From Candidatus Poseidoniaceae archaeon (GTDB taxonomy: Archaea; Thermoplasmatota; Poseidoniia; Poseidoniales; Poseidoniaceae): a stretch of 64,000 nucleotides of DNA. Below the pieces are notes generated by a model. The model was not told the DNA's origin and made no database searches. It saw only the letters and a program-made list of their open reading frames with translations. The translations under genes were made by a program, and so were the position numbers. Shown piece after piece: positions 9,388 to 20,400 of this stretch (position 1 is the first letter of the stretch; each line of letters starts with the position of its first letter). Location of the stretch: positions 15,947-79,946 of the forward strand of contig JBMTJI010000004.1 in NCBI GenBank assembly GCA_049438185.1. The letters are read 5' to 3'.

Positions 9388-10767
9388 ATGACAGGAAAAG
9401 AATACCGAACCATTACCGACGTCAAGGGACCACTGGTTTTCTTGAACAAGACCGAACCAGTTGCTTTTGGTGAAATCGTTACCATCCGTCTCGCTGATGG
9501 ATCCATCAAGAACGGGCAAGTTCTCGACACCTCGGACGACCTTGTTATCGTCCAAGTTTTCGAAGGAACTGCAAAGATTGACCGAACTGCTGGCGTCACC
9601 TTCATGGGCGATGTTTTCAAGCTCCCTGTAAGCAAGGACCTCGTTGGTCGAATTCTTGACGGTGCAGGACGACCTCGTGACGGTGGACCTGATATCGTCG
9701 CTGAAGAAAACGCTGACATCATCGGTGCTGCTATCAACCCATACAGCCGACAGAGCCCTCACGATTTCATTCAAACTGGAATTTCTGCTATCGATTGCTG
9801 TACAACACTCGTTCGTGGACAAAAGTTGCCAATTTTCTCGGCTTCTGGTCTTCCACACAACGATATTGCACTGCAGATCGCTCGTCAAGCCAAGTTGAAG
9901 GGAAGCGATGAGCAATTCATCGTCGTTTTCTGTGCCATGGGTATCACCGCTGAAGAATACAACTTCTTCCGTTCCGACTTGGAGCGAACCGGTGCGCTTG
10001 AGAACGCTGCTTTGTTCGTTAATCTCGCTGACGACCCTGCAGTCGAGCGAATTATTACGCCTCGTCTTGCATTGACTGCTGCTGAGTACCTCGCATTCGA
10101 GCACGACTACCACGTTCTCGTTATCTACACGGACATGACCAACTACTGTGACGCACTTCGACAAATCGGTGCTGCACGTGAAGAAGTTCCTGGACGACGT
10201 GGTTACCCTGGTTACATGTACACTGACCTTGCTATGCTCTACGAGCGTGCTGGAATTGTAAAGGGCAAGAAGGGATCGATTACACAATTCCCAATTCTGA
10301 CCATGCCTGGTGACGATATCACGCACCCAATTCCTGACCTGTCTGGTTACATCACTGAAGGTCAGATTGTTATCTCTCGTGAACTTCACCAACAAGGTAT
10401 CTATCCGCCGATCAACGTTCTTCCATCACTCTCTCGATTGATGGGTTCCTGTATTGGTTCTGAAACAACCCGTGAAGATCACAAGTCTGTATCCGACCAG
10501 ATGTATGCTGCATATGCCCAAGGCCGTGAACTCCGTGGACTTGTTGCTATCGTCGGTGAAGATGCATTGAACGAGCGTGACAAGCAATTGCTCGATTTCT
10601 CAGGTGTCTTCGAAGACCGCTTCCTACGTCAGTCTCGTGATGAGGATCGTTCCATCGATGAAACGCTCGACTTGTGCTGGGAATTGATGTCATCCATCGA
10701 TACCAAGTATCTTGTTCGTCTCGACCAAAAGTGGATTGAGAAGTACCATCCAGACAACAAGGCTTGA
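9388..10767 (+). CDS. atpB: A-type ATP synthase subunit B
   Basis: Non-catalytic B-subunit motifs: [54 protein letters not shown]. Confidence 0.95.
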   Translation: MTGKEYRTITDVKGPLVFLNKTEPVAFGEIVTIRLADGSIKNGQVLDTSDDLVIVQVFEGTAKIDRTAGVTFMGDVFKLPVSKDLVGRILDGAGRPRDGGPDIVAEENADIIGAAINPYSRQSPHDFIQTGISAIDCCTTLVRGQKLPIFSASGLPHNDIALQIARQAKLKGSDEQFIVVFCAMGITAEEYNFFRSDLERTGALENAALFVNLADDPAVERIITPRLALTAAEYLAFEHDYHVLVIYTDMTNYCDALRQIGAAREEVPGRRGYPGYMYTDLAMLYERAGIVKGKKGSITQFPILTMPGDDITHPIPDLSGYITEGQIVISRELHQQGIYPPINVLPSLSRLMGSCIGSETTREDHKSVSDQMYAAYAQGRELRGLVAIVGEDALNERDKQLLDFSGVFEDRFLRQSRDEDRSIDETLDLCWELMSSIDTKYLVRLDQKWIEKYHPDNKA

Positions 10768-10783
10768 ATCCTGAGGTGAAACC

Positions 10784-11401
10784 ATGGCGCTTGACATCAA
10801 ACCAACCCGAAGTGAGTTGATTAAACTCAAGGGGCGCATCAAGCAAACCAAGAACGGTTACAAACTTCTCAAAATGAAGCGTGACGGTCTCTTCCATGAG
10901 TTCCGACAACTTCTCGCAGAAATGATTGAAGCAAAGCGTGAGATTACTGAAGCGTTCCGATTGGCTAAGCAACGAATCGATCTTGCCAATGCAATTGAGG
11001 GTGGACTCGCCGTTCGAGCAGCAGCCATTGCCAACAGTGCACATCCTGAAGTTGAAGTTGAACGACGAAACATCATGGGTGTCGTTGTTCCAAGTGTTAG
11101 TGGAACGAACCTCAAATCGACTTTTGCAGAACGTGGTGTTGGTTTCATTGGTTCTTCTCCGTACATTGATGAGGCGAGCGACAGTTTCAGCGAATTGATC
11201 GAGAAGATCGTCAAGGCAGCCGAAATGGAAGCGACATTGAAGCGACTTCTCGAAGAAATTGAAGCGACCAAGCGACGTGTTAACGCTCTTGAGTTCAAGG
11301 TCATTCCAGAATTGGAAGAAGCGAAGGTCTTCATCCAACTTCGACTTGAAGAAATGGAACGTGAAGAGACATTCCGTCTTAAGCGATTCAAGAACAAGTG
11401 A
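10784..11401 (+). CDS. atpD: A-type ATP synthase subunit D
   Basis: IKPTRSELIKLKGRIKQTKNGYKLLKMKRD at the N-terminus and ATKRRVNALEFKVIPEL near the C-terminus, last gene of the operon. Confidence 0.9.
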   Translation: MALDIKPTRSELIKLKGRIKQTKNGYKLLKMKRDGLFHEFRQLLAEMIEAKREITEAFRLAKQRIDLANAIEGGLAVRAAAIANSAHPEVEVERRNIMGVVVPSVSGTNLKSTFAERGVGFIGSSPYIDEASDSFSELIEKIVKAAEMEATLKRLLEEIEATKRRVNALEFKVIPELEEAKVFIQLRLEEMEREETFRLKRFKNK

Positions 11402-11469
11402 GTTTTCGCATCGCTCTGAAAAAAGGGCATGATTGATGTGGGAGTGGTGTCCAGTTCTACCTAGGGGGC

Positions 11470-13947
11470 TTGATTGACATGTCTGATTTGGATGATGCAA
11501 CGTTGAGTCCAATCCCCGTTCATAAGAACGCTTGGAACCAGAAAGACATGCTTGAGGGCATCGTTCAGAGATACGTTACAATTCGCTCACATACTGGAGG
11601 ATTGTGGCCAACTTGGGAAATTGAATCAGACCAACTTGAAGAAAAATTTGACGAATTGAATGCCTATCTTGAGCACTTGGGGTGGATGGCACGTCTTCGC
11701 CGAGGTGATACGACCATACTCACGACCCTTCCACTTCCGCATCGTCAGTTCCCAGGGTCACGAATTCACGTCTACATGTGGACGGCTTCTATCATTACGT
11801 TACTTCTGTCTGCTGTTCGATGGATGGACAGTGGTCGGCCAACGGGTGGATGGTTTGTTGAATCGATCTATCTCGATGGTTTGATTGGATTTGTTCTCCC
11901 TATTCTTGGAACATTGCTTCTTGCGTCCTTTGTTCAAACTAGAATCTCAGCAGCGTTTGGTGTACGTAGTGGGCATATTCTCCCCATTCCAGACCCATCG
12001 GTCTTGTTATGGTTGTTTTCTGGCTTATCGACTTCTTACTTTATTTGGCCGTTTGGGATTTTCTTCATTCCAACGTTGCCACGAATGGATGCACGACCAT
12101 GGCCAAATCGTCAATCGCTGGCATGGACGTCCGTATCGGTTCCTGTTGTGATGCTTGTTTCTGGATTTGTTTTCTGGACGCTTGGGTTGGTGTTTACAAC
12201 CGACCCTTACACGCTGTCAAGTGAACCTTTCCGTGCGAATCCTCCCTTCTTGATCCAACTGTTCAGCTCTGGATTTGATTTCTCTTACCAAGCCACGCTT
12301 GACTGGGGGCACCCGTTCTTATTTGCTGCGAGTTTCCTCACATTGGTTGGCTGGTTGTTGATGTTACCAATTCCAACCTTCCCAGGTGGTCGATTGCTCG
12401 TAGCGAGGATGGGTATTGAGGAAGCTCGAAGTTCAGGAACTCAGATTTTGATGTTCATGCTTCTCATCACTTCTGCCTTTTTCATCTTCGATGCATTTAA
12501 TGGATTTACAATCTGGATACCTGTACTCTCTGTCGTCATTCCACTTCTCATGTTCATGGGCGGTGACCCTCGAATCCCAGTCATAATGGATGGAGATCGC
12601 CCTCTATCTGAGGACAACCATCGACGGCTTGGGATTGTTCTTTTTGTTGCCATCCTGTTTGCCATTCCAGCGCAGTTTCCCATTGAACAAGTTGAACGAT
12701 GGGATGCGGAGGCAACGGTGTCCATCGTAGTGGATGAATTCGCAGAACGCTCAGAATCCTGGGATGCGTCAATCATGATTGAGATTAACAATCCATCCAT
12801 GCAAGACCGATCATACAGTGTTTCAGGAACGATTCTTGGAACATCCCTTTGGAATTCGAATCTCTCCTGTGAGGTACAATCCTGTGAAGGCGTCTTGGAA
12901 CCAGGCGAATCAATGTCCATCGAATTCAGAGTGATGCATCAAAATACAACACATCAACCAACTTTTGTCGCCTACCAAATTGATGTCATCTTTGATGAAT
13001 CTGATTCGATGATAGAGTTCGGCACCATCTATCCTCTTCTCGACGCATCTGTAGCGTCTGAATGGCGCTACCTTCGCAACAATGACATGGTTCTTACCTG
13101 CCTTGATATCTTCATGGAAGAAGGTCATACTGCAAACCTATCGTTACCCGAATTGGATGATGAATGGTTACCATTCCTTTGGCTTGAAGGTCAAGCGGGT
13201 CTCACACAAACACTTTCTTCACAAGATTCGGAAATTTGCTTGAACGGAGTCGACCAAGCCCTTCCATTCGGTGTTCAATCTATGATTGAGCATGTGATGA
13301 TCGGAAACACGTCGTTCATGGTAGGGTTCGATACAACCTGGCCTCACATCGTTTCAGCCTCTGAGGAGGGGTGGCTCATCGATGAACACCATCCATGGGG
13401 TACACCGTTTGATGTTGGAGGTACGTTGTATCAAGAAAATGCTTCTTCATGCACAGGAAATGAATTCTTGACCACACCTCCACGCTCCAATACAACAAAT
13501 TGGTCGTGGGACTTAGGCATCCGGCCGAAGCAAGCTTTGCCTTCGGTTGAAGCGGGTGAACGGCTTTATCTGAAACTACCATCGGATTCCTACGTTCACT
13601 GCAACCAGCAAGACATCGAAACAACAGAGTTCATTGTTCAACGTGGTCCAGATTTGGTTCTTCATCAGGACAACCAAACCACTCGCCTCTGGGATTCGCC
13701 GAGGACAGTAAACGCCTCTCAATTGGAGCTCGCTCTCTACAATAGCAATGATGTAGATGTCGTTTTGCGACATTCCACGTTTGGAGATGTTGATTGGGAT
13801 CTGAGTGCTTTCCCAAGTCAACTTTCCTCTGGTTGGAACAACATCACACTCGATGTTCCTGAAGCACTGATCAAGACGTACAAAATCACCCACCAAGACG
13901 GGGCTATCCTGATAACGTTCGGAGCTTATTTGGGGGCTGAATCTTGA
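11470..13947 (+). CDS. Polytopic membrane protein with an M50 (site-2 protease)-like core lacking the zinc ligands, plus a large C-terminal extracytoplasmic domain
   Basis: The M50-like layout is retained: ...LPILGTLLLASFVQTRISAAFGVRSGHILPIPDP... where HExxH is expected, and GHPFLFAAS...LLMLPIPTFPGGRL where NxxPxxxLDGG is expected. No HExxH occurs anywhere in the 825 aa. Confidence 0.5.
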   Translation: MIDMSDLDDATLSPIPVHKNAWNQKDMLEGIVQRYVTIRSHTGGLWPTWEIESDQLEEKFDELNAYLEHLGWMARLRRGDTTILTTLPLPHRQFPGSRIHVYMWTASIITLLLSAVRWMDSGRPTGGWFVESIYLDGLIGFVLPILGTLLLASFVQTRISAAFGVRSGHILPIPDPSVLLWLFSGLSTSYFIWPFGIFFIPTLPRMDARPWPNRQSLAWTSVSVPVVMLVSGFVFWTLGLVFTTDPYTLSSEPFRANPPFLIQLFSSGFDFSYQATLDWGHPFLFAASFLTLVGWLLMLPIPTFPGGRLLVARMGIEEARSSGTQILMFMLLITSAFFIFDAFNGFTIWIPVLSVVIPLLMFMGGDPRIPVIMDGDRPLSEDNHRRLGIVLFVAILFAIPAQFPIEQVERWDAEATVSIVVDEFAERSESWDASIMIEINNPSMQDRSYSVSGTILGTSLWNSNLSCEVQSCEGVLEPGESMSIEFRVMHQNTTHQPTFVAYQIDVIFDESDSMIEFGTIYPLLDASVASEWRYLRNNDMVLTCLDIFMEEGHTANLSLPELDDEWLPFLWLEGQAGLTQTLSSQDSEICLNGVDQALPFGVQSMIEHVMIGNTSFMVGFDTTWPHIVSASEEGWLIDEHHPWGTPFDVGGTLYQENASSCTGNEFLTTPPRSNTTNWSWDLGIRPKQALPSVEAGERLYLKLPSDSYVHCNQQDIETTEFIVQRGPDLVLHQDNQTTRLWDSPRTVNASQLELALYNSNDVDVVLRHSTFGDVDWDLSAFPSQLSSGWNNITLDVPEALIKTYKITHQDGAILITFGAYLGAES

Positions 13948-14870
13948 GAATAGGCATCGTTGGTGCAGGTTCGATTGGTTCTCTCATCGCAGGTTGCCTC
14001 ACATCAACACCATGCGATCTTCTTTTGTATGGGCGTGGACTTCACGCAGCGCATCTTACCGTCGATGGGTTGAAGATTTCAGGTGCGAAGGAAGAAGCGA
14101 TTTCCTCACAACGTTGGGAGGTTCTCCTTGAAGAACAAGATCTGCCAGATTCAGTTCAATCGTCGTGTGATGTTGTCCTTCTGACTGGAAAAGCCTCGGC
14201 CTTTGAACAGCATGTCGAGGTTGCAAAACATCTTCTTCGTCGAGAAGGAATTGTTTGCACACTTGCGAATGGATTAGGACATGAAGAGCGTTTGGTTCTC
14301 GAATTTGGGGCACATCGTGTTCTTGCTGCGACAACGACGCATGGTGCTTATCGACCAGCATCAGGCAACGTCCATTGGGCTGGAATTGGTGAAGTACACC
14401 TTGGCCCATTCATGCATCACCACACGGAACACTCGGTTCAAACCTTCCTAAAACACCTCGATGATGCAGGACTTCAACCACGTTGGGAGGAAAATGGACG
14501 AGCCATGCTTTGGAACAAAATGTTGCTCAATATCGCTATCAATCCGATTGCAGGATTATTGGGCAAAGAGAATGGTGCTTTGCTTGAACCGGCGTTGTTT
14601 GAATCTGCGGTCGGCGTTCTTCTTGAAGGCTCAATGATTGCTCGTGCAGAAGGTGTAGAACTCGAAGATGATGAACTTCTCATCGATCGTTTGAGGCAGG
14701 TTTTGGAAACAACCAGTAGCAATTTTTGCTCAATGTTGCAGGACATTCGTTCAGGACGTGAAACAGAAATCAATTCACTGAATGTAGAAATCTGTCGACG
14801 TGGTGAAATGTTGGGTATTCCGACACCGCTCAACCAAGCGCTCTCATCCATCATTCGACATCTTCGTTGA
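13944..14870 (+). CDS. panE: 2-dehydropantoate 2-reductase (ketopantoate reductase)
   Basis: N-terminal Rossmann IGIVGAGSIGS and the C-terminal PanE/ApbA signature SMLQDIRSGRETEINSLNVEICRRGEMLGIPTPLN. The TTG start overlaps the upstream stop. Confidence 0.8.
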   Translation: MRIGIVGAGSIGSLIAGCLTSTPCDLLLYGRGLHAAHLTVDGLKISGAKEEAISSQRWEVLLEEQDLPDSVQSSCDVVLLTGKASAFEQHVEVAKHLLRREGIVCTLANGLGHEERLVLEFGAHRVLAATTTHGAYRPASGNVHWAGIGEVHLGPFMHHHTEHSVQTFLKHLDDAGLQPRWEENGRAMLWNKMLLNIAINPIAGLLGKENGALLEPALFESAVGVLLEGSMIARAEGVELEDDELLIDRLRQVLETTSSNFCSMLQDIRSGRETEINSLNVEICRRGEMLGIPTPLNQALSSIIRHLR

Positions 14871-16455
14871 GATCTTTATTGAAGTGAAGACCTCTGTTCT
14901 CGGTACGCCTGATGGCATCTTCAGCAACGAGAATCCCTACGAGAATCATGTTCCTCAATTCAACGATTTCACGAGATGGTAGACTCGATTTCCAGATGAC
15001 ATCGATTTCTTTTTCGAAAAGACGTAATCGACGAATGGCTCTTTCCAAACGTGAAAAACGCCTTGATACGCCTACTTCAAAACGCATGGTTTGGTTGAGC
15101 GCAACTCGGTCGTGAGCGATTGGGCCATGCTCTTGGAGTTCATCCAAACCATCCGAGCGCCACCCGGGAGGTGAGCAATTCATTTCCTTCAGTTCTTGTT
15201 GGATGAGATGAGATGAACATCGGTGTGCGAATACAACTGCTTCAAGGAGGCTATTGGAGGCAAGTCTGTTTGCTCCATGCATCCCGGTACAAGCAACTTC
15301 TCCAATAGCAAACAATCCTGGAATAGGTTCTCTGGAATCACCGCTGAGTGCTGAACCAACTTCGTCCACTTCGATACCGCCGACGATGTAATGGGCTGCT
15401 GGGGCAACGGGAAGAGGGTCGATTCCGAGTTCAAGACCATACTTTTGCAATCGCTTTGAAATCATTGGAAAGCGTTCATTCAAGTGCGCTTTGTCCAAAT
15501 GTTCCGTGACCAGGTACACATACGAAGCGCCTGATTCTGCACAACGCTGGTCAATGGATCTGGCCACAACATCTCGGGTTGCCATTGAACCAAGTGGAGA
15601 GGCTTGAAGTGTAAATGAAAACGCTCCAGGTTCTGATTCTCCACTTCTTTTCCAATCTTCATAACCGCTCTCATCGAGGAGAACTGCGCCTTCACCTCTC
15701 AAGGCTTCAGTGATCAAAAATGGCCGTTCACCCTCGACGACAAGTGCTGTTGGATGGAACTGCACAAATGCCATGTTGATGATGGAGGCGCCTGTTCTAT
15801 AGGCCATAGCGATACCGTCTCCGGTGGATACAGATGGATTTGTCGTCTTCTCCCAAAGTTGACCTGCTCCACCAGTTGCCAAAATCACAGCATCACCCTC
15901 AATGGTCATGACTTGGTTTGTACTTTGATCGAGTGCCCAAACACCGCATACGCCCTTACTCGGGTGTTTATGTTGGCGTTGAATGAGATCGATTGCAAGT
16001 GTATTCGGCCGCATGGTAATGTGTTGATGTTCTTGAGCGGCTGTGGTGAGTGCACGTTCAATTTCTTTCCCTGTAGCATCCTTTGCGTGAAGGATGCGCC
16101 TTGATGAATGGCCGCCTTCTTGTGCAAGTTGAAAATCACCTTGCTTGTTCCGTTCAAATTCGACACCAATGGAAAGCAAATCCATGATTCTCTCGCCAGC
16201 CTCTTCGACGACCATACGAACCACTCTTTCATCGCACAAACCATCACCTGCATTGAGCGTATCTTTGATGTGACCCTCAATTTCTTGCAGATTGGTCTTG
16301 TCGAGAATGGCTGCAATTCCTCCCTGAGCCCAATTCGTTGACGAATCCTTTGGCCTTTGTTTGGTGATGATTTCGACTTCGAAACCTTCGTTCGCAAGAC
16401 GCAAGGCTGCAAAAAGCCCAGCAATGCCTGTGCCGATGATAAGAACACGAGGCAT
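14851..16455 (-). CDS. nadB: L-aspartate oxidase
   Basis: FAD fold VLIIGTGIAGLFAA, with STNWAQGGIAA, EGGHSSRRILHA, HYIVGGIEVD and GANRLASNSLLEAVVF. Confidence 0.85.
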   Translation of the reverse strand: MPRVLIIGTGIAGLFAALRLANEGFEVEIITKQRPKDSSTNWAQGGIAAILDKTNLQEIEGHIKDTLNAGDGLCDERVVRMVVEEAGERIMDLLSIGVEFERNKQGDFQLAQEGGHSSRRILHAKDATGKEIERALTTAAQEHQHITMRPNTLAIDLIQRQHKHPSKGVCGVWALDQSTNQVMTIEGDAVILATGGAGQLWEKTTNPSVSTGDGIAMAYRTGASIINMAFVQFHPTALVVEGERPFLITEALRGEGAVLLDESGYEDWKRSGESEPGAFSFTLQASPLGSMATRDVVARSIDQRCAESGASYVYLVTEHLDKAHLNERFPMISKRLQKYGLELGIDPLPVAPAAHYIVGGIEVDEVGSALSGDSREPIPGLFAIGEVACTGMHGANRLASNSLLEAVVFAHRCSSHLIQQELKEMNCSPPGWRSDGLDELQEHGPIAHDRVALNQTMRFEVGVSRRFSRLERAIRRLRLFEKEIDVIWKSSLPSREIVELRNMILVGILVAEDAIRRTENRGLHFNKDLNEDVE

Positions 16456-16513
16456 GTACCTCGCAAAGGTTGTTTGTTCTTGATGACATCGGTTGTCCCA
16501 GCGATAGGGCTAT

Positions 16514-17296
16514 GTGTTGCGGATTCTAGCGGGCATCATGTTGCGGAGGCTCATTGGCTTACTGGGGCTTGCAACAATTGTGTTCGTTATTGCGAATGCT
16601 CATTTTGGAATGGTTGCAGAAAACGTCGTAGAAGGCGCCGGTACTGCGCGCCTTGATGTGCTCCGTCTCGCAGATCCAGGTTGCACCATTCCTGAAATGG
16701 AAAAAGAAATTCAAGAAACTGGAACAGCTTTCTGCCTCAGTGAAAAAGGAACATGGGGGACTGCAGATATCCTCCTTCTCTTCTGGGGCATTTTGATTGT
16801 AACAGCAGGACGTTTCCGTATGCCGTCCGACCCCCGTCTTGCAAAACGCATCCGACGCGTCATGTTCACTTCGGGGGCTGTGTTGTTCGGACTTGCAATT
16901 CTCGATCGCCTTCAGTGGCTTCCAACCTCTGCGAATTCCGAGAGTATTGCAGATGTCATTCCCTTGCCATTTGATCCTTGGATGGTACAAATCCTCTTCG
17001 CAGTTGTTGGTACGCTATTAATGCGTGGTCCGAAATATGAAATCTCCGAGTTTGAGGAAAATTATCAACGGTTGGAACACAGCCGTGAACAGGAACGCCG
17101 TGTACAAGAGGTGTTCAATGAAAAAGCACGATCCATGTCCGCTTCAAGAGAAGGCCTCGCACGCCGTAGTCGCCTGCTTGACCGTGATGCACATTTGGTT
17201 CCATTCCGTACTCGTAACTCGCCGAAGGTTCGAGCAACTTGCCCATTCTGCAAAGGCGGGGGTTGCAAAGAGTGCCGAATGAGTGGTGTTGTTTGA
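16514..17296 (+). CDS. Hypothetical membrane protein with a C-terminal CxxCxGxG-CxxC zinc knuckle
   Basis: Several hydrophobic helices, then a basic region and CPFCKGGGCKEC at the C-terminus. An ATG at 16538 is an alternative start. No family recognised. Confidence 0.4.
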   Translation: MLRILAGIMLRRLIGLLGLATIVFVIANAHFGMVAENVVEGAGTARLDVLRLADPGCTIPEMEKEIQETGTAFCLSEKGTWGTADILLLFWGILIVTAGRFRMPSDPRLAKRIRRVMFTSGAVLFGLAILDRLQWLPTSANSESIADVIPLPFDPWMVQILFAVVGTLLMRGPKYEISEFEENYQRLEHSREQERRVQEVFNEKARSMSASREGLARRSRLLDRDAHLVPFRTRNSPKVRATCPFCKGGGCKECRMSGVV

Positions 17297-17420
17297 GTAA
17301 AACGGCGTTCATTTGAGACCCGAAAAACGAGTTGCTCCGACGCATAATCAACCGATTGTTTAAATGTCCTCGATGTCCGGTGTTTGACCTAAGGTCAATA
17401 TCGACCAAATGGGGATTGGG

Positions 17421-20400
17421 ATGTTTCTAAAAGCGTTGGAGATGGAGAACTTCAAATCATTTCGCGGGGAAGTCGTCATTCCTCTTGATCGTGGTTTTTC
17501 TGCAATCACTGGACCGAACGGTTCTGGGAAGTCAAATTGCGGGGATGCTATCCAATTCGTTCTCGGTCCAAAATCAACTCGCACCATTCGTGCACAAAAC
17601 ACCAAGCAATTGATTTTCAATGGAGCAGAGGGCTACAAACCTGCTCGAGGTTGCACTGTAACACTCGTCTTTGGAAACCCCGTCCTTTCCAATGGTCGTC
17701 GCCGATTGCCCATTGAAAGCGATGAGGTGCGCATGACGCGTTCAATCCGCCTCACAGCCTCAGATAATGTTGTTTCCAGTTACTTGCTTGATGGGGACGA
17801 ATCCTCTCAGAAATCCTTCCACCGCCTACTCAATGCTGCAAATGCACGCCCAGATGGGTACAACATTGTTCTCCAAGGTGACGTAACTGGCCTTGCCCGA
17901 ATGACACCAATCGAACGCCGCAAGGTTCTCGATGGAGTGGCTGGGGTCACCTCATACGATGATGAAATCCGGAAAGCGAAGAAGCAAAAGGAAAGCGTTG
18001 ACTCGTACATTGAGCGTATTGGGATGCTTGAAGAAGAGCAACAAACCCGTCTCAAAGAACTTGAAGAAGAAAGGAAAGTCGCTATGAAGGCTCAGTCCAT
18101 CACAGACGAACTTCTTCTTTCACGGTCACAGCGCTATCAAGCCATGTTTGCAAGTTTGGGCATGGAATTGGAACATCAAATTGCAGAACAATTGCGTTTT
18201 GTTGAGGAAGCAACCCACTTGGAAGAACAGGTCAAATCTGGAAGCCGAAAACTGGTTGAACTCGATGATCGAATCGGAGAGATTCAGAAACAAATCGACG
18301 CCTTACTTGGCGATGAGGGGGATGGTCTTTCACAGGCAATTCATGATTTAAGAGTCCAAATCGATCGAGACAAAGACCGAATCGAAGACGCCTCGCAAGC
18401 AAACATCGATGATGCTCAAGAACGTGAACAAGTCCTTGAACGCTACCAAGAGGCTGAAACAGCATTAACTGCATTGCTTGAAGAAGTGCAGTCAAGCCAG
18501 AGCCAAATGGAAGAAGCGCAACGAATGCTGGATGAAGCACAGTCTGAAGAAGACAACGTGCGTAGGCTTCTCGAGGGCTCTGGCAAGAATCACGCTGAAC
18601 TCAACCGAGCCTTGAGTGATGCGATCAAAACTCTTGAGAAAGCAAAAGAAGCGGTAGCAGCAGCTCAATCTGAAGTTGATCGGACTGCCGCTCAAGCCGA
18701 ACTTGTTGAAGCAAATCTCGCAAAAGCCCAGGAAACTGCAGAGGAATCACGTCTTGAACTCGAAGAAAAAGAAGCAGAATTCAAAGAGGCTTCAGCCGGT
18801 AAGACGGTTGACCGCTCATCTCTGACACAGGAAATACTCGATGCAGAGCGTTCTGAATCCCGTCTCCTTGAGGAATCAGCAGCCGTTGAGAAGAAGATGA
18901 CCGAAACTGAGCGGCAATTGCGCTCTGCTCGAGCCGAATTGGAGAACAAATCCAATTCGAAGGGTATGGCAGGAGGTGCAGCAGCAATCCTTGGTGCGCG
19001 AGACCGTGGTGAAATCAAAGGTATCATCGGTACGATTGCCGAATTGTGTGCTCCGATTGATTCCGAGCATGAAACGGCTCTTGCAACAGCATTTGGAGGG
19101 GCAATGACATCGGTCGTTGTTGACTCAGATGAGGTTGCTGCGGAAGCCATTCGATGGCTTGCGCAACGAAAAGCAGGACGTGCAACTTTCCTACCACTCA
19201 ACAAACTCTCGACCAGCAGAGCTGGTGGAAAGGCTATGATGGTTGCACGAAAGCCAGGCGTCATCGGTTTTGCTTACGAATTGCTTGAGTATGACCCGCG
19301 TATTGATACGGCGATAAAATTCGCATTGCGTAACACGCTCATCGTCCAAAACATGGACATTGCTCGTCAAAATATGGGCGGTGTTCGACTTGTCACAATG
19401 CGAGGAGATGTCACTGAAGCTGGCGGTGCAATGGTTGGCGGATCCCGTCAACGAATGTCGGTGAGTTTTGGAGGCGGTATCGCTGGAGCCAAAGAAGTTG
19501 AACGCTTGAGTGCCGAACTTGATCGGCTGCGCTTGATGTCCGATACTGTTTCTGCAGCCCTCGCCGACGTTCGCAAAGAACAGCAATCTTTGCGTCAACA
19601 GATCAACGAACTTGCGAACGAAGATGGTGCAATTCGAAGGGAAACGCTCCGTTCAGAGGTTGCAACATACAAGAAAGCACATTCCAAGAACATCGGTGAA
19701 GTGCAAGCCCTAAAGGAAGATTTGAATCGACTTGAAGGATTAGCGAGCACACAATTGGAGTCACTCGATGAGGCCGAATCAAAGGTTGCTGATGGAGAAG
19801 TACTCCGTGCAAGCGCCCAATCTGCACTCGAGGATGCAAGTCCTCAACACCTCAAAGATCGACTTCACGAATGCACTGTGAAGCGCACACAAGCAGAAGG
19901 TATGCGCTCGAACGCAGAAGTTTCACTCCGCTCTATCTCAGAGCGTAAGTCATTGCTTACTTCAACAGTAGCAAGCGAAAAAGAGCGCTTGAGTCAAATT
20001 GATCGAGCCGTATCTGAACGCACTGAGAACGTTGCTGTATTGAAGCGAAATGTTGAGCAGAACGAATCCGTTCTTGCAGAGAAAGAAGCCGAACGAGCAC
20101 AATTCCTTGAAGAGAACAAGGGCCTCGAGGATGAACGTATCGAGTTGGTTGAAGAACGAGCAAGTCTGAACTCGACATTGACACAAAAAGCCAATCAAGC
20201 ACGGAGCCATCGAACACTTTCAACAGAATTGGAACGAACGATTCAAGCAAAACGGAAGGAATTGTTCGATGTTGAAATGGAAATGGGCTCCATTGGAATC
20301 CAGGCAGCAGAGGATGGAGCCGTTTTGGATTCAGTCGCAGATATCGATCGGCGAATCCGCCGCTTGGAACGCCGGCTCGAGGAATTTGGTGCTGTCAATA

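Noticed and set aside
9373-10395. 340-aa ORF on the minus strand
   Set aside because: It is entirely antisense to atpB, whose product has unmistakable B-subunit motifs. Its translation is Ser/Val/Asn-rich with no recognisable features. Treated as a shadow ORF.
10547-11512. 321-aa ORF on the minus strand
   Set aside because: It is antisense to the end of atpB, all of atpD and the spacer. The plus-strand genes are well supported and there is no motif support for the minus-strand product.
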